A stretch of DNA of 64,000 nucleotides from Cycas panzhihuaensis (lineage: Eukaryota > Plantae > Cycadophyta), in contig CM041465.1 in NCBI GenBank assembly GCA_023213395.1, positions 3,906,001 through 3,970,000 of the forward strand, written 5' to 3'. Positions 37,377 through 51,977 of the stretch are shown here, piece after piece; position 1 is the stretch's first letter, and the number at the start of each line of letters is the position of its first letter. A program made the position numbers and the translations under genes. Under the pieces are notes generated by a model. The model searched no databases and was not told the origin of the DNA. It saw only the letters and a program-made list of their open reading frames with translations.

Positions 37377-40300
37377 TATTAGAAATAATTAATATTATCT
37401 TTCAATATTCACTTTATAATATTTTCCTTATAATATTTACTTTATAATGTTCATTGATCAATAGTTAATTATATGGTTTGGTGGAATGGATAACTATCCA
37501 TTTCAATGAACCCTTATCTTCTTAAAGGAATCTTTCCCATATTCTTGGAGGTTGGGTTGACTAGGTTACATAGGGTAGGGTGGTTATATATTATGAGAGA
37601 TGATGAGATCCTTAATCATCTCTATTATATCATTTTCTTATTTATTGTAATAATATTTATTTATTTAAGAGGTGGTTTTTTATGCCTAGTAGGAGGTTTT
37701 CCACCTGTTATATCTGGTATATTTATGTTGCTAAATGTTTTACAAATTTATGATTTATTACTGGTGATGTAATGATTTATACCTATGAATTTTAAATGCA
37801 ACCATCTCTTTAGCATGGTATTAGAGTAGGGTATCACAAATTTGCTAAAATAAATTAATAAAAGGTTTTTTTAATCAAGCCTTTTCATGCAAGTTCCTTT
37901 AAAAAAAAATTCTAAAGCAAAATTAAGCTAGAGCACATATTCTTTTTAAAAAGGTACTTCAAAATTATATTATTAAGTAAACAAAATAGTACAACTTTTA
38001 GGGTCTAGATAAGAATAACACATATATAGAAATTAAATAGTCTTTAGGATCTAGACAACATCAAAACATACAAAGGACAATTCATAGAGAACATGAGACA
38101 AAAATAAGTAAGCCTGCATGTAGGGCAGAATAAAGAGGACATGCTAAAAATTTCTACTTGATAAATATTTCTCTAGTTTAGGAAGGTTCTAACCAACATA
38201 ATGCTTTAGTCCTATTTGAAAAGGAGAAATCAATGAAGGTAATTCCCCTATAATTCCTTCTGCTTTGGCTTCAATTAAAGAAGTCTCAGGGAATAGCTAC
38301 CATTGTAGACACAAAGACTTTATTCAAGGATGTAGTAGTGTATGACAAGAAGGAAGAAGACACCATCAATTACCCAACTACATGTAATTAAAGACTTAAA
38401 AGGTCCTTATGTAGTTACATTTTATCAATAAATGGAGGACAAATATTGTAAATAAAGAATGAATAATATGAATACCAAATAGATGCCTATAAAATAGGGA
38501 AAAATGTAGACCGAAATAGAGAAATCTTGTCACAATGTAGAGACACAAAAACACCATATACCATTGAAAGGCCTCTGCTTGACTATCAAAACACCATTTG
38601 TATGCTAAAGTTTAGTGTTTGAGGTTGGTGATGAAGCTACTCATTCGAGCAAGTATGATGTAGTAGAGTCCTTTATAGAAGTCCATAGCCTTCTATTAAC
38701 TAAATGCTAACTAATCTCTACTCTCAAGACACCATTATCGATTGAAGGCCATCACATAGAGATGCAGATCCTTAAAGATACATAGAATAAAGATTCCATA
38801 GCCACCGCCTTCATGTAGTTGAAGAAGTCTCCACATAATTGAATGCAAACAAATAAACCATCTACTATCATAGCCCTAGAAAACTATTCTAAAATATGGT
38901 GAAACCCTAAAACTTAGGATAAATAAACTCGTGGATGCAAAATCTTACTAAAATCTATTTAATCTTTTTTTTTGCAAAGTTGTAAAATGTTTAAATCCAC
39001 TTCAATTTGATTTTGAATCTATCCATCTTTATATTTTATTCTTTTCTAATTTTTAGATTCAATTAAATTATATTGGTATCTTTCTTTGGGTCTGCCAGCC
39101 CCCTTCATACTAGCCCCCAGTCACATTAGCGCCACCCCCCCATATGACCTTGATCTAATTTTAAAAGGGGTTTAACCCCTATTTTTTAGAACCCCTATTT
39201 TACAAAAAAAGTTCTTGTACATTTTTTACTATAACGTCCTCATCCAGAGTTAGAATCTAGTTCCAAAAGTTACATTAGATTCTTAACATAGACACCAACA
39301 TTTTGACTAGTCATTTGAGTAATTTTGATGTTGTTTTTCTAGGGAAATCCTTATGCAAAGTCAATGGAATTAATTGTAACTAGGTAAGTTTAGGTACTTG
39401 ACTTAAACTTAAATATTTTCTTTATAATTTTTTAATATTATTACTTTAATTTAATACATAATCAATCTTTTCTTAATTTACTAATCAATCATACCATTTT
39501 CTTGCATATTTTTTAATAATTTTATCTAATTTAATAATTAATTAATTAAACCATTATTTTATTGATTTTTTATATAAACAATGTTAAAAGTATACAAATT
39601 CTTATATATCTAATGTAAATTTTTAAATTTATGATTATTGTAATTAATTTTTTAATGTGTTAAGGGGTCCATTTCCTTATAAAATTTAATTATATATTTA
39701 CATTTATATATGCATATTTATCAATGATATTTCTAATTCAAAATAAATGTATGATTAAAATTACACTTTTTTATGTCCAAAAGGTTTTTTAAACCTCATC
39801 ATTTCTTCACATGCTATTTACATTTAATTAATATTAATTCTCTTTAAGTTTTGAAATGCAATTATTATTATTATATTTAATTATGACTTGATATTTCTAT
39901 TTTCATCTTTTCATTCTCTTATCATTTCATTTTCATTCCATTAAAAGAGGATCTATAGTCATCAGTTTTATTCCCAAAATAGCACTCATGCCTAGGACAA
40001 TTTTTTACCCTTCAATTTTACTTTTAACAGGCTCAAATTATGCTGACTAGAAAGCTCACATATCCCATCATGTAATGTAACAAAAGATATGGTGATATGC
40101 CATAGGAGAATTTATAAAATTTATAGACACTTCATTAGAAGCCTATATGGTTTACCTGATGAATTTTGATGGAGCCCTAGGTACCATCCTAACCTCTCTA
40201 TCACTAGACATTAGTCAACAATTCTCTAAAATAGATGATCTTACCACTGTTTGGAATACATTGGAAGAAAAATATGATAAGGTTGATGCATAAAATCTAG

Positions 40301-43300
40301 CAGTGTTTGAGTAATAAATGTATGATTTAAACTATGATGATTTCTCTAAAGTTGAAGATTTCTTATCAAAACTTTAAATTATTAATAGAGATTTAGGAAA
40401 TTATATAAACTCTATAACAAAAAAATGTGACAAAGTCATAACTACCACACATGTAAAAGACAATGATACACTCATCTATTTTATGATCAATAAACTTCCT
40501 AAACACCTTAATCTTATTAAAGTTGTTAAGCAACAAGTAGGATATCCTTCAATAACCTTTAATCAGTTAATAAATCAACTGATTGATTACCAAACAATGA
40601 TAGTATAAACCAGAAAACTACAAGATTCTTCATAGGCTCTCTTTTCAAAATATAAGCCTCTAAATAAATATAAAATCGAAAATAATCATCACAATAGCCA
40701 TCCCAAATACCAGAAACCTCATAGAGATTCTTTCTTAAACAACTTCAATCAAAATTCTAAGTACTCTAGACCACCAAAATCCCATAATACTTCTGAACCA
40801 CCATTTTAAAAATGGAATACTTCTAACTGTAATCCTAATCAGAACATTAGTTATACCTACTATCATTAAAGGGCTACATAATTAATGTCTATAGGAATAG
40901 AATCACTTTTGAAGCCTAGAAAGCTTCTAAGGGGATCCAATCACAATCCCATAATTCTAACCATTCATTAACTACTATTACATTAACACTTTTAACACTT
41001 ACATCATAACCACCATTATGGATTTTAGATTCTGGTGCATCCTATCATATGATATGTCACTAAAAATATCTAACTTCTTATCAATTTGATCTTAATTTTA
41101 AAGAGGAAATCTCATTTGAAAGTGGATCTAAATTAAAAATCAAAGATATAAGAGACATTACCTTAAAATATGGTTTAATTAAAAATGTATTTTACATTCT
41201 AGGACTATTACCTATTCTCTTATCAATCTATCAAATCTACTAGAAAGACCTAGTTATAAAATTCTAGAAAGATAAATTCATTATTAAATAATCTATTAAC
41301 AAATTTAAAATTATTTCTTTAAGACCTGTTGATTATAAAATAGGTTTGTATAGCTTAAAGAATTTAAATCAATTTAAAACAAAATCCTTTAGTGCCTTCA
41401 TAACTAAATTTGACCCAGTTTGTAAGCTATGGTATGTATGGTTTGGCCATACAAGTTATGGTAAATTAAGATATTTAAATAAGCATGATATGGTATATGG
41501 ACTTCCTCAACTATCTACTATCTATGGTGTTTGTGAAGCATGTGTAATAGGTAAGCAACACATGGATTCTTTTTCATATTAAACATTATTTTGAGTAAAA
41601 GTTTCACTCAAACTTATTCACTTAGATATTTATGGCCCCTTCCAAGTACCTTCATACTCTGAAAGCAAATATTTTGTCACTTTTAGCAATGACATTTCCA
41701 AGAAATGTTGGGTATATATGCTCAAGACTAGAAGTCAAATATTTGATATATTTGTTAAATTTAAAACATTGGTTGAAAACTAATCTAACTCCAAAATTAA
41801 AATCTTTAGATTTGATAAAGAGTATCTAAGTAACAAATTTACTTCATACTATTAAAGCCACAAAATTAGATTTCAACATTTTGTTGCCTACACTCCTGAA
41901 TAAAACGGTGTTGCAGAATATAAAAATCGTACTCTTGTTGAAATGACTAGATACATGATACATGCAAAAGGTCTTGATCTTAAATTATGGGCTAAATTAG
42001 TAGCATGCTCTAACTATTTATTAAATCACCTACCAATTAAATCCCTATAAAATATGACACAAAAACAAAAATGGTTTAGTCCAAAACCAACTATAAAACA
42101 TCTTAAAGTATTTGGAAGTATTACTTGGGGACATATTCCTAAGGAAAAATGAAACAAACTTAATCTTAAAAGTGTTAAATTTATTTTCCTTAGCTATAGT
42201 AAAGAAAGTAAAGCTTACAGATTATTAGATCCTATTGCACATAGAATCTTAATTTTACGTGATGTTATTCTTGATAAAGAAGGCACTTCATCAAAAATAA
42301 ATCTTATAGAACTTGTTGTTAAGAGCTTATTAACTAATACTTATCTAAAAGACCTTTAGATATATAAGTAGATAGTGAAGTAATTGATAGCTTATCTTCA
42401 TAAGTCTAGAATTAGACCTTAAGTGAATCTAGTAAGTCTAATCCATCTAATCAAATATTTACTTATAATCAACTAAATTCTTTTGATCAACCTTCTACTT
42501 CTAATTCTTCAAGAAACAAATAACCAGTTTGGGCTTAAAAAATCCTTTTGGCTACTAGTTCTAATGTTGGTGATCCATTAGATACTAGAAGAACTCGATT
42601 ATAGAACCTATAAGTCAATTTTACATTAATGGCTAAAGTAATGACTACTAGTGACCTTAAAACTTATAAAGAAGTGTGTCATAATCATGTATAGTAACAA
42701 GTTATGTGAGTTGAATATGATGCTCTTTAGAAAAATTCAACTTGGGAATTAGTACCATTACCTCCTAGCAAGAATCTAGTAGACTACAAATGGATTTACT
42801 TAATAAAATATAATTCAAAAGGAGCAATTAAGAAACATAAGGCCCATTTAGTAGCTAAAGGTTTTTCTTAGGTTGACAGTATTAATTACATTAAAACCTT
42901 TACTCCTGTTTCTAAAATAAACATAATTAAAACCATCATTGCTCTTGTAGCCAAGTGTGGCTAGCAAATATATTAAATGGATGTGAAGAGCGCCTTTCTA
43001 AATGGCGATCTTAGAGAAAAAATTTACATGTCTCACTACTTGGTTTTATATGAAATCCTAATCTCATTTGTAAACTTAAAATATCATTATATGATCTTAA
43101 ACAAACACCCAGATCTTGATATATTAAGATTGATGATTATCTTCTTCAAAATAGATACATTAAATATGTTAATGATCATAATCTCTATTTCAAATGAGAA
43201 AATAATAATATTACCATTTTAATCCTTTATGTTAATGATATTATAATAACTAGATCATTACTTTCTCACATTCATAAGTTAAAATTAATTTTGATGAGTA

Positions 43301-44727
43301 AATTTAAAATGATATATTTGGGGCTTTTACATTATTTTCTAAACCTTCAAACCTATCAATTAGAATAAAAAATAACTATTTGTCAACCTAAATACATTAT
43401 TGATTTAATAAAAAGATTTAATATATAAAATGCAAAGCTAGCCCCTACTCCTGTGTAATTAATTGTAAAATTAATAACTGATTGTTAATATCCACCTTGT
43501 AATTCTACTTTATATCACCAATTAATAGGTAGTCTTATTTACTTAACCCATACTCACCCAGATATCTCCTATGATATTGCCTTATGTTCTAGGTACATGT
43601 AAAAACCTCATAGGTCTTATTGAAAAGCAACAAAATAAATTCTAAGATATCTTCAAGGTATAATCTATCATGGTTTAACCTATAACGTTTCTAATACTAA
43701 CCTTAAGTTAATAGGTAATATAGATTCAGATTGGGCAAAAGACTTTGATGATAAAAAATCTATAGTTGGTTATGTTTTCTTTCTCGATTCTTCTTCGATT
43801 ACATGGTCTAGTAAGAAGATGCAATCATTAGTATTATCAATAATAGAAGTCAAATATCAAGCATTTGTAGAAACCATAAAAGAATCACTCTAGATTAAGT
43901 CCCTATTAAGTGAACTTAGTTTATTTCCTAAATTTTCTATCCAAATTAATGTTAATAATCAAGGTGAAATATCTAAAGCTACTAATCCTATTGCATATTG
44001 TAGAACTAAGCATATAGAATTATACCAGCATTTTATTCATAATCTTATAAATGGCAATACTATTAATCTATTTTTTTATCCTATAGATTTATAGATTGCC
44101 AACATCCTAACCAAGCCATTGACTAAAGTCAAGATTATAAAGTTGCGAGAATTCTTAAAGATTAATGAAGTCTTCATCAAAGGGGGATTACCATATTGAA
44201 GTCTTCATCATCTTCTCTATCATATTCTTCTTTCTTCTTTTCTATCTTCTATATCATTTATTATATAAAAGATAACATTAAAGAGGGATGTTAGAAATAA
44301 TTAATTTTATCTTTTAATGTTCACTTTATAATGTTCTCCTTATAATACTCACTTTATAATGTTTATTTATTAATAGTTAATTTTATGGTTCAATTAAATA
44401 GATAACTAACCATTTCAAAGAATCCCTATCTTCTTAAAAGAATCTTTCCTATATTTCTAGAGGTTGGTTTGACCAGGTTATGTAGGGTAGGTTGGTTGTA
44501 TATTTTGAGAGAGGATGAGATCCTCAATCATATCCACTATATTATTTTCTTATTTATTATAATAATATTTATTTATTTAGGAGGTAGTTTATTATCCCTA
44601 GTAGGGAGTTTTCCACCTGTCATATCTTGTGTATTTATGTTGCTAAATATTTTAGAAATTTATGAGTTATTATAGGTGATGTGATGATTTATACCTAGGA
44701 ATTTCAAATGCAACCCTCTCTTTAACA
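37377..44727 (+). mobile_element. Old full-length copia nested in the leader of the 35156-47199 element
   Basis: 439-bp LTRs 37377-37815 and 44289-44727. PBS TGGTATTAGAG 37816-37826. PPT AAAGAGGGA. TSD ACTAT/CCTAT. Confidence 0.94.
39980..44190 (+). pseudogene. Copia gag-pol with many premature stops
   Basis: WILDSGASYHM; LWYVWFGH...CEACVIGKQH; MDVKSAFLNGDLREKIYM; DSDWA; TKHIEL...ILTKPL. Confidence 0.92.
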
Positions 44728-47700
44728 CCTATTTTACCACTTATCAGTATGCACCACTAGACAAAATAACAATCCAAGACTTCTTGGAGACCCTTAAATA
44801 TAGCATTCTAGTTTAGTAGCCCAACTAGGTAGATAGAGCACTACAAATATTTTTAAAATCATAGCATGAATGATTTTATCAAACACCATAAAAATTAGTG
44901 GGGATATACCTTATCATGTATCTACTCAAGATCTGAACGACCTTATAGTTGAGATACTTCCTAATCTAGTTTCCTTAGCTACCTTTAATGCTAAGGATAA
45001 CACTGCTCTATCATTCCTCTATTTAGCCATTAAGGATCAAGTTGATCAAAATATTAAGACTACCCAAACTTCTTATGAAGCATGGAGCACTTTATGTTCC
45101 TTTTATAAGAGGAAGGATGACTCAAGATCTATTACTCTTAAATCATACCTTTTTGCCATTCCTTTTATTGGTATTATTGCCTCTCATCTAACTAAAATCA
45201 AAACCATTTGAAATGAACTTATTAACCTTAGTATACCTCCTTCAAATCATGGCTTAGTATCTTCTATCATCAATATCCTTCCTATTGCATTTAATAGCTT
45301 TGTCACTTACCTCTATGATACCTTTATTAAAATGGATTTCAATACTTTAGAGGGACTTTCGCTAAGAGAGGAAGGAATTCTCCATCGTATAGGAGTGGCA
45401 TCAATTTTTGACTTTACCTTTATATTAGTAGCTAGAAATATAGGTTAGAATTGACCACATAATTAGCCTCATTAGTAGCCATCACCTCAATAATCTCTTA
45501 CTCAAAGGTTTAGCTCTTTAAATATTTTAAAATAGTCTCAGTAGCTTTAACAACCTTAATTGCCCCAATAAACACTACAATCTCAACCATCAAAGAATCA
45601 CTAGTATAGGTAGAATGTCACCTACATGTATTGTGGGAAAAATGGGCATCTTTCTATTGAATATAGAAGGATATTGACTAACTTCTAGATATTTCAAAAC
45701 CAAGGGGGATAATCACATGGACTAAGTTTTAAATAAGGAGGCTAATACTTTCAGTAAGGTGTCCTACCATTCTAGTAGAATAGAAATCAATGGCAAAACT
45801 AGAACTAAAGGGCAAGCCAATAGGCCTAGATATCAACTTAAGAATTATAGAAATAATAGAAATATGTAACAAGGAGGCAATTTTGCTAAGACACATGACT
45901 CTACTCCATAAAACCAATATTATGCTGCTTTGTTATCCCAACTTATTGATAACTCCTAGTTGATTCATTCTTGTACTATACATCACATGGCCAACATTAA
46001 AGACTTGTTAGAGGAGACTCATATAATTTAGGCTTAAACCATCAATTTTAGAGATAACCTAACTTATGATATAACTAAGGTTAGAAGAGCTCCAGTTGCA
46101 TTAAAGGATTCTAAAATCTAACATCATATAAACAACATCTTTTTAGTTCTAAGTATAAAGATGAATTTACTTTTTGTAAGTTAAATTGACAAGAAAAACT
46201 TAGATGTACTTTTTAGTCAATACTTTTGTAGAATAACAAACCATGCTACTAGATAACTTATTACAATAAGATATGAGGATAGTGGGCTCTAGAAATTTGG
46301 TGGTGTTTCTCTTACCACTAATCCTTCACTAGAATCATGTGCCATTGCCAATAACACTTAAGTTGATAAAGGAAAAGAAGCCATTATGGAATAACCTTCC
46401 TCTATGCATGAATAAGATGAATGTTCATACAATATAGATCCAACCACCTCCAAATACACCAAGGACTAGTTATAGCATTAATGTCTTGGTCACCTTAACA
46501 TGTAAAGCTTAAATCTTATATACAACCTAATATTTATCTTTCCTCCACTGAAGCTAAATATAAAGTAGTTATCCATGCTACCACATAGTTGATTTGGCTT
46601 AGAAGGGTTCTTACTAAGCTTGGACTTCAACAAACTTTAACTACTATCCTCTATTGTAATAATCAAAGTGTGTTGATACACATAGAGATACAACATCACT
46701 TCATCCATGAACATGTTTAAAATGAGAAAGTTGACCTTGTGTACTAACATAGTAAAGACCAAGTGGCTAACATTTTCACTAAAACAGTTGGTAAGCCAAA
46801 GTTTGAAGAGTTCTAACATGATCTCAACATCACAATAAATAGAGTTGTTATTAAGGGAGGGTGTTAAAACATTAACAACAACCTCTTTTATTGTAAACTA
46901 ATGTATTTCATAATTTAATAAAATTAATGAAGGTGTTAGATCCATCTATTATACCAAACTATGTGGCGAATTAATGGTAATATTAGTCTATAAATTAGAC
47001 CTATTTATTAGCCACTGTATTGTACTTTTTCTCATGTATAAGATTTGATTGTACAATATGTATGGTATAATAAATTTTCTTATCATATCTTTTATCAATG
47101 AGTTTGTAATATTTTTTTATTAATTTTTCATCTCATCTTTATGTAAATCCTCTTGTAAATTATGTATGTTGTATTTTTTATCCTAATATAAAATTTACAT
47201 TGTCATGAGTACCTACTCATCTCCATTTCCACTCCTCACCTCTACTACCACCTCCTTTATGCCAAATGCCTAATGGATGGTGACAAAAGATTGAGTAGTA
47301 AATCTATCCATCTTTACTACCCTTAATGTATAAACAAACATAGCCATACTAGTAATCTCTCTAAGTTCAAGCCTCTTGAATCATAAAGACCATATGTGAA
47401 CTTATAAGGCACTTAAATATATAGGCTGTGGTTCTCCCTAAGGCCCAATGCCCTAAAAGTGGTTAAAAAACCATCATTGTGTTAATGTATAACATGATCT
47501 CCCTCTATGTCTTATCAATCAAATATCATCCAATTAGGCCCTCATGTTGGCCACTATCAATGACTCTTATTCTAATCTCTCCCCTGCCTTGCATCACCTC
47601 ATTGTATCCATCTAACTTTTAAGGAACTGAGTGAAGTTTCAGTGGTGAGTGATCAAAAATAGGATGGTGCATACAATCAATTTTTGCACCAATAGAACAA

Positions 47701-48646
47701 GAGTACCTAATAATTAACCTAAGTGACCCCCACATTGATCCCATAGACCTCCCCTATAAAAAAACCTAGTTATTATGATGTAAGCTTGATTGACATTAGT
47801 AAATGGTCCATTTCAAATTCACAAAAATAAATTTTTAGCCCATTTGAAATTGTACTACAAAGAAACTTATTTATGTCACAAGACTAACTTATACAAAACT
47901 TGTACAATGAAGATACTTCATGATACTATGGAGTTTTATAACTTTAAAGTACCACAAAATTCTTCATGTTACCATTGATTCCTAAAAATCCAATGATACC
48001 ATAAAATTCTTTATTGTATCATGGTCTTCTCATAGATCACAATATCATAAAGTTCATCATGATACCATGATAAACATCATGGTATCACAATCCATGAAAA
48101 ACCCATCCCACCAAGAATTTCACACCAAAAAAACCAATAAAGGTTTAAAATTTGAGCATCAAATCAAAATTTTAATCTAAAGAAAATCATAAGGGCTTTA
48201 AAATACCCTAGCCTAGCCACTGTTAGGGGTTCGATTGAATCATGTTGGGTAAAAATAATGATTTTGATGCAAGCCTCTAAAATTAACAAAAATTATAAAA
48301 ACTAGAAATTGAAATTATCTATAGATTTAGGCCTATTGGATTGAGTCCTTATTGGACTAATTGCCTACTATAGTCCTAATGAACATAGTAGCTTGTCAAA
48401 TAGAGTTTTTATATGCTTACAATCTCTTCTAAAGTGCAATGGGAAGTTAGAAAGGTTTTGCTGATTTTTAACTATTAAATGTGAAAATGAATATAAACTA
48501 AGATAAACACTTATTTTTATAATGCTTAAAACTAGACTTCCACATGCAAAAATTTGCCCTTGCAAGATCCATTAGGCCCTATTCTCTATTATCTTCCTTC
48601 TTAGAGGTTCATTTATACCATTGGTATGGTCAATTATTAGTGCACC

Positions 48647-49775
48647 TATTAGAATATTAATATTCTATCCTATGTTTTTACTTAGAGGTATCTTATATAT
48701 TATTAAAGGTCATGTGTGAGGACCCTTAATCTAATTAAGAATGACAGTTAGTATACATGTATTAGACCTCTTTATAAATTAGTTATATTTATATGAGAGG
48801 GAAACTCTCACCCATCAATTAAGGAGAATCATTCTCTTTTTAAAATTTCAACATGGTATTAGAGCAAGTCCTATAGGGACATTAAATATCATTTTTTTTA
48901 GGATGAGAAATTTGAATAAGAAGGAGACTAAGGCTCAAAACAAAATTTTTTCAAGGAAGATCACTCTAGAAAACCCTGTATGGATATGTATAATCTTATA
49001 TGACCAAAATTTAAAGTACTCAAATAGCTACAAAATTTTATCGACAAAAATATTTTGATAAGTCTATTATCCTAAAGACTCAACTACAAATTCAACCTCT
49101 ATAAGCAGGAAATCATAGAAAACTAAGGATGTAGGTTTGGAATTTCTTCTACTATTTAATCTCTTTTTTTGTTTTTAATTTAGTCACTACAATTGGTCTA
49201 AAAGTATTCCTTAGGGCATAGGCATTTTATCAAGTACAGTTGGCTAAGAGATTTTGAGAAATTTGTATGTTATGAATAAAAATGTAGTTTAAACCCTAAT
49301 CACTGATTTTACTTTTAGGTCATTTTCTTATTAAATGAAAAGTCTAATCTAAATTTTATTTGTAGATTCTACTAGGTGTTGAAGAGATCTACGTTTTGAG
49401 AGGGTCCTTTTTAAATTTTGTATATCTATACTTTTTTATATAATAGTATGGTCATATAATCTTGACTTTCTATAGTTAAAAAATAGAGTTTTTTTTAATT
49501 TTCTTTATTGTGTCTTATATAATAACCCTTATTTACTTATTAGGAGAGTTAAATAAATTAATTAGAGAAAATTATACAACTTAGACAATTAAAATGAAGG
49601 GTATTTTAGTTTCCAACAATGCCTGGGGTATAGTCACTAAAAAGAAAATTAAAACTAGTTGCCACAAATATTGTAAGGCTTGCTAATTAGGAGAAAAGAG
49701 ATAGAGATGTAGTGGTAATCATTACATTGTCCATAAGTGATTCTATTTTAACTCATATAAGTAAAGCCTCTTCCT
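48647..49775 (+). mobile_element. Duplicated copia 5' fragment (LTR 48647-48853, PBS 48854-48865, gag start), truncated at the LINE
   Basis: Paralogue of 32574-33710. Confidence 0.85.
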
Positions 49776-51752
49776 TTCTTTTTTTCTTGATGTGGTTAAA
49801 ATAAATGAGGGGATTAAAATGGGACCCCAACCCCTATACAAAATCTTCCAGATTAGTTACAAAGATTTGTCGTGACAAGCCCATGGACTAGCTACCCAAA
49901 AATACCTAACTTATCATATTACCTACCTCAACTAGAACAACCCCTAGATCTTTCCTAACTAGACCCACAATCTCCTTGGGAAAGTCTACCCTCCACACTA
50001 CATTTCTTCTGAGCTAAACCCCCTAGTTTTCTAGCTAATTAGCTACCTTATTACCCTCCTTATAGATGTGGTTCACTTGAATATATTCTCTCCATTGAAG
50101 AGATATCTTCACATCATTAATCATGCCTTTATGCTTCTAATCTGGTTCTACTTTCCCACTAATCAATTTTATCACATTAAAGGAATCCCCTTCCACTATT
50201 ACTCTCAAGAATCCCTCTCTGGTTACTAGATCGATAGCTCTACACATCACCTCAATCTCATCCCTATGATTTGTTTGAGTGTCATAGTAATTAGCGAAGG
50301 CCCATAGCACCTTGCCTTCTCTATCTTTGCAGAGCCCACCACTCCCCACCTTATCGAGGTTACCTTTTGATGCTCCATCGAAGTTTACTTTAACCCAACC
50401 CTCTACTAGGAGATGCCATGTTGCCTACCTCTTTGTCTCCACCTTTACTTTGAGGTTCTTCAAACCCTACTTTGTGAGAATCTTCCTTTCCTTAGAATGG
50501 ATAAAACACTCTTCCTTCTCCTTAAGAGTCTCTTTTACAGTAGCAATAATGATCCCAAATAGTTTTGAATCCTTCATTCTTTTATCTTGGAAGATGCACC
50601 TATTCCTTTCTTTCCATATATTCCATAACATCATGGGTAAAGAGATTATCCACAAGGAACTTAGGGTCCTACTCCTATAGGGGCTTACCCAGGCATAGGC
50701 TAGTTCTTTTACAGGCCCTAATGGTACCCAAGTTACCCCAAAGAAGCTCCATAGCTTCATCTACACCTCCCTGGTATAGGAGTAATGCAAGAAAATGTGA
50801 TCCATAGACTCATCCTCTTGAAGGCAAAGAATACATCTATTCGCCATTGAGAAACCTCTTTTCCTTAGATTATCTAAGGTAGGAATCTTATTCTTGAGAC
50901 AGAGACACTAAAAAATGGCTACCTTGGGAATTAACCCCATTTTCTAGACTCCCCCAAGCATTTTGTTTTTATTTATAATTTTTTAGAGATTAGAAACAGG
51001 TAACTAAATTTGACTGTGTAGTTCCTTAAGGGGGAGGCATGCCAAAATAGAGAGTCATTTTTAGGAAATCTAGGAATGTATACTCTATTTATCTCATTCC
51101 TATAGGTTTCCATTTATTGTTGTCACTTGAATTCATGGAGTATTTCTTCAAAACATATCCATTTCTTCACATCCTCCTAATCCTCATAGTAGCCCTTCAC
51201 CCTTTTACCATAGATACTTTCGTAAACAACCTGAATAGGCATGGAGGTAGGTATCTATTCAATTGGGTATGGCCACACTAAGTATCCTCCTAGAAATTAA
51301 TATTCTTTTCATCCCTTAAGCACCAATATGTATCTAAAGCCAACATCTTCCTCGCATAATTTAAACTCCTCCAAATTGTAGATCCTTGCTTCCCTAGGGT
51401 ATTATACTTTAAGAACTGATTATCTCTAAGATATTTTTGAGCAACAATCTTACACCAGGACCTCTCCTCCTTTATTTCAAGGCTCCACCCCAATTTGGCA
51501 ACTAAAGCTCTATTGAAATAATCAATATACTTGATGTTCAAGCTGCCCACCCCTTTAGGGAGGCAAACTTTCTCCCATGACACTAAATAAATTCTCTTCT
51601 TATCCTTAGCCCTAGACCATAAGAATCTTTTTTGAATAAACTCAAGAGCATTTATAACCTTCCCTGGGCACCTAAACAAAGATAACATATAGGTAGGTAT
51701 GTTCTAGAGAGATGCCACTAATAGTTGAAGTTTCCCTACCTAACTTAATTGG
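49775..51752 (-). mobile_element. 5'-truncated L1-clade LINE: ORF2 3' part with RT C-terminus, zf-RVT and RNase H; A-rich tail
   Basis: KLS*VGKLQLLVASL*NIPTYMLSLF...IQKRFLWS...LVSWEKVCLPKGVGSL; CILCLQEDESMDHIF; LWNIWKERNRCIF; NFDGASKGN...GSGGLCKDREG...VIVEGDS. Tail TCAAGAAAAAAAGAAAGG at ~49772-49790. No TSD was identified. Confidence 0.93.
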
Positions 51753-51977
51753 TGGTGTTCTAAGAGGTTCTTGGGTTTGATCCTTAGCAAGGTCATCAAA
51801 AAGATGGTTTGGGCCCAGGAAGGATCTAACCTTAATATCTCTTAGTTCCTTTTCATGTTTAAAGTTAGGAAACATAAAGCTCAAGAAGACCTAAAGGACC
51901 ATCTTTGCCTAACTCCTAAGGAGGAGTCTTCGCCTAGTAGTGTCATCTACCTAAGTATGAGTGAATATGACAAAAGA

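Larger units (their letters stand above)
35156..47199 (+). mobile_element. Decayed copia, internally deleted (INT core and RT missing), carrying a nested copia
   Basis: LTRs 35156-35494 and 46862-47199. TSD TTGTC at 35151-35155 and 47200-47204. PBS TGGTATTAGAGC 35495-35506. PPT TTAAGGGAGGG. gag 44760-45700 (YEAWSTLCSFY; CGKNGH). The pre-integrase region at ~46480 is joined to RNase H at ~46540. Confidence 0.93.
34101..49775. repeat. Copy B of the tandem duplication (34101-35155 and 47200-49775), split by a 12-kb nested copia insertion
   Basis: Direct alignment by eye to 29753-33710. The segment equivalent to ~31400-31760 is absent near 47810. Confidence 0.88.

Noticed and set aside
37506-37772. 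Hydrophobic 88-aa ORF repeated at 44469-44675 (membrane protein or env-like?)
   Set aside because: It is inside the LTR pair, and T-rich DNA gives spurious hydrophobic translations.
38050-38900. Possible captured gene fragment in the copia leader
   Set aside because: Slightly GC-richer, but I could not recognise a frame or motif.
32574-48853. A single LTR element bounded by LTRs at 32574 and 48647 carrying PMD
   Set aside because: Both LTRs have the same upstream flank and a downstream PBS+gag, and neither has a PPT, so segmental duplication explains it better.
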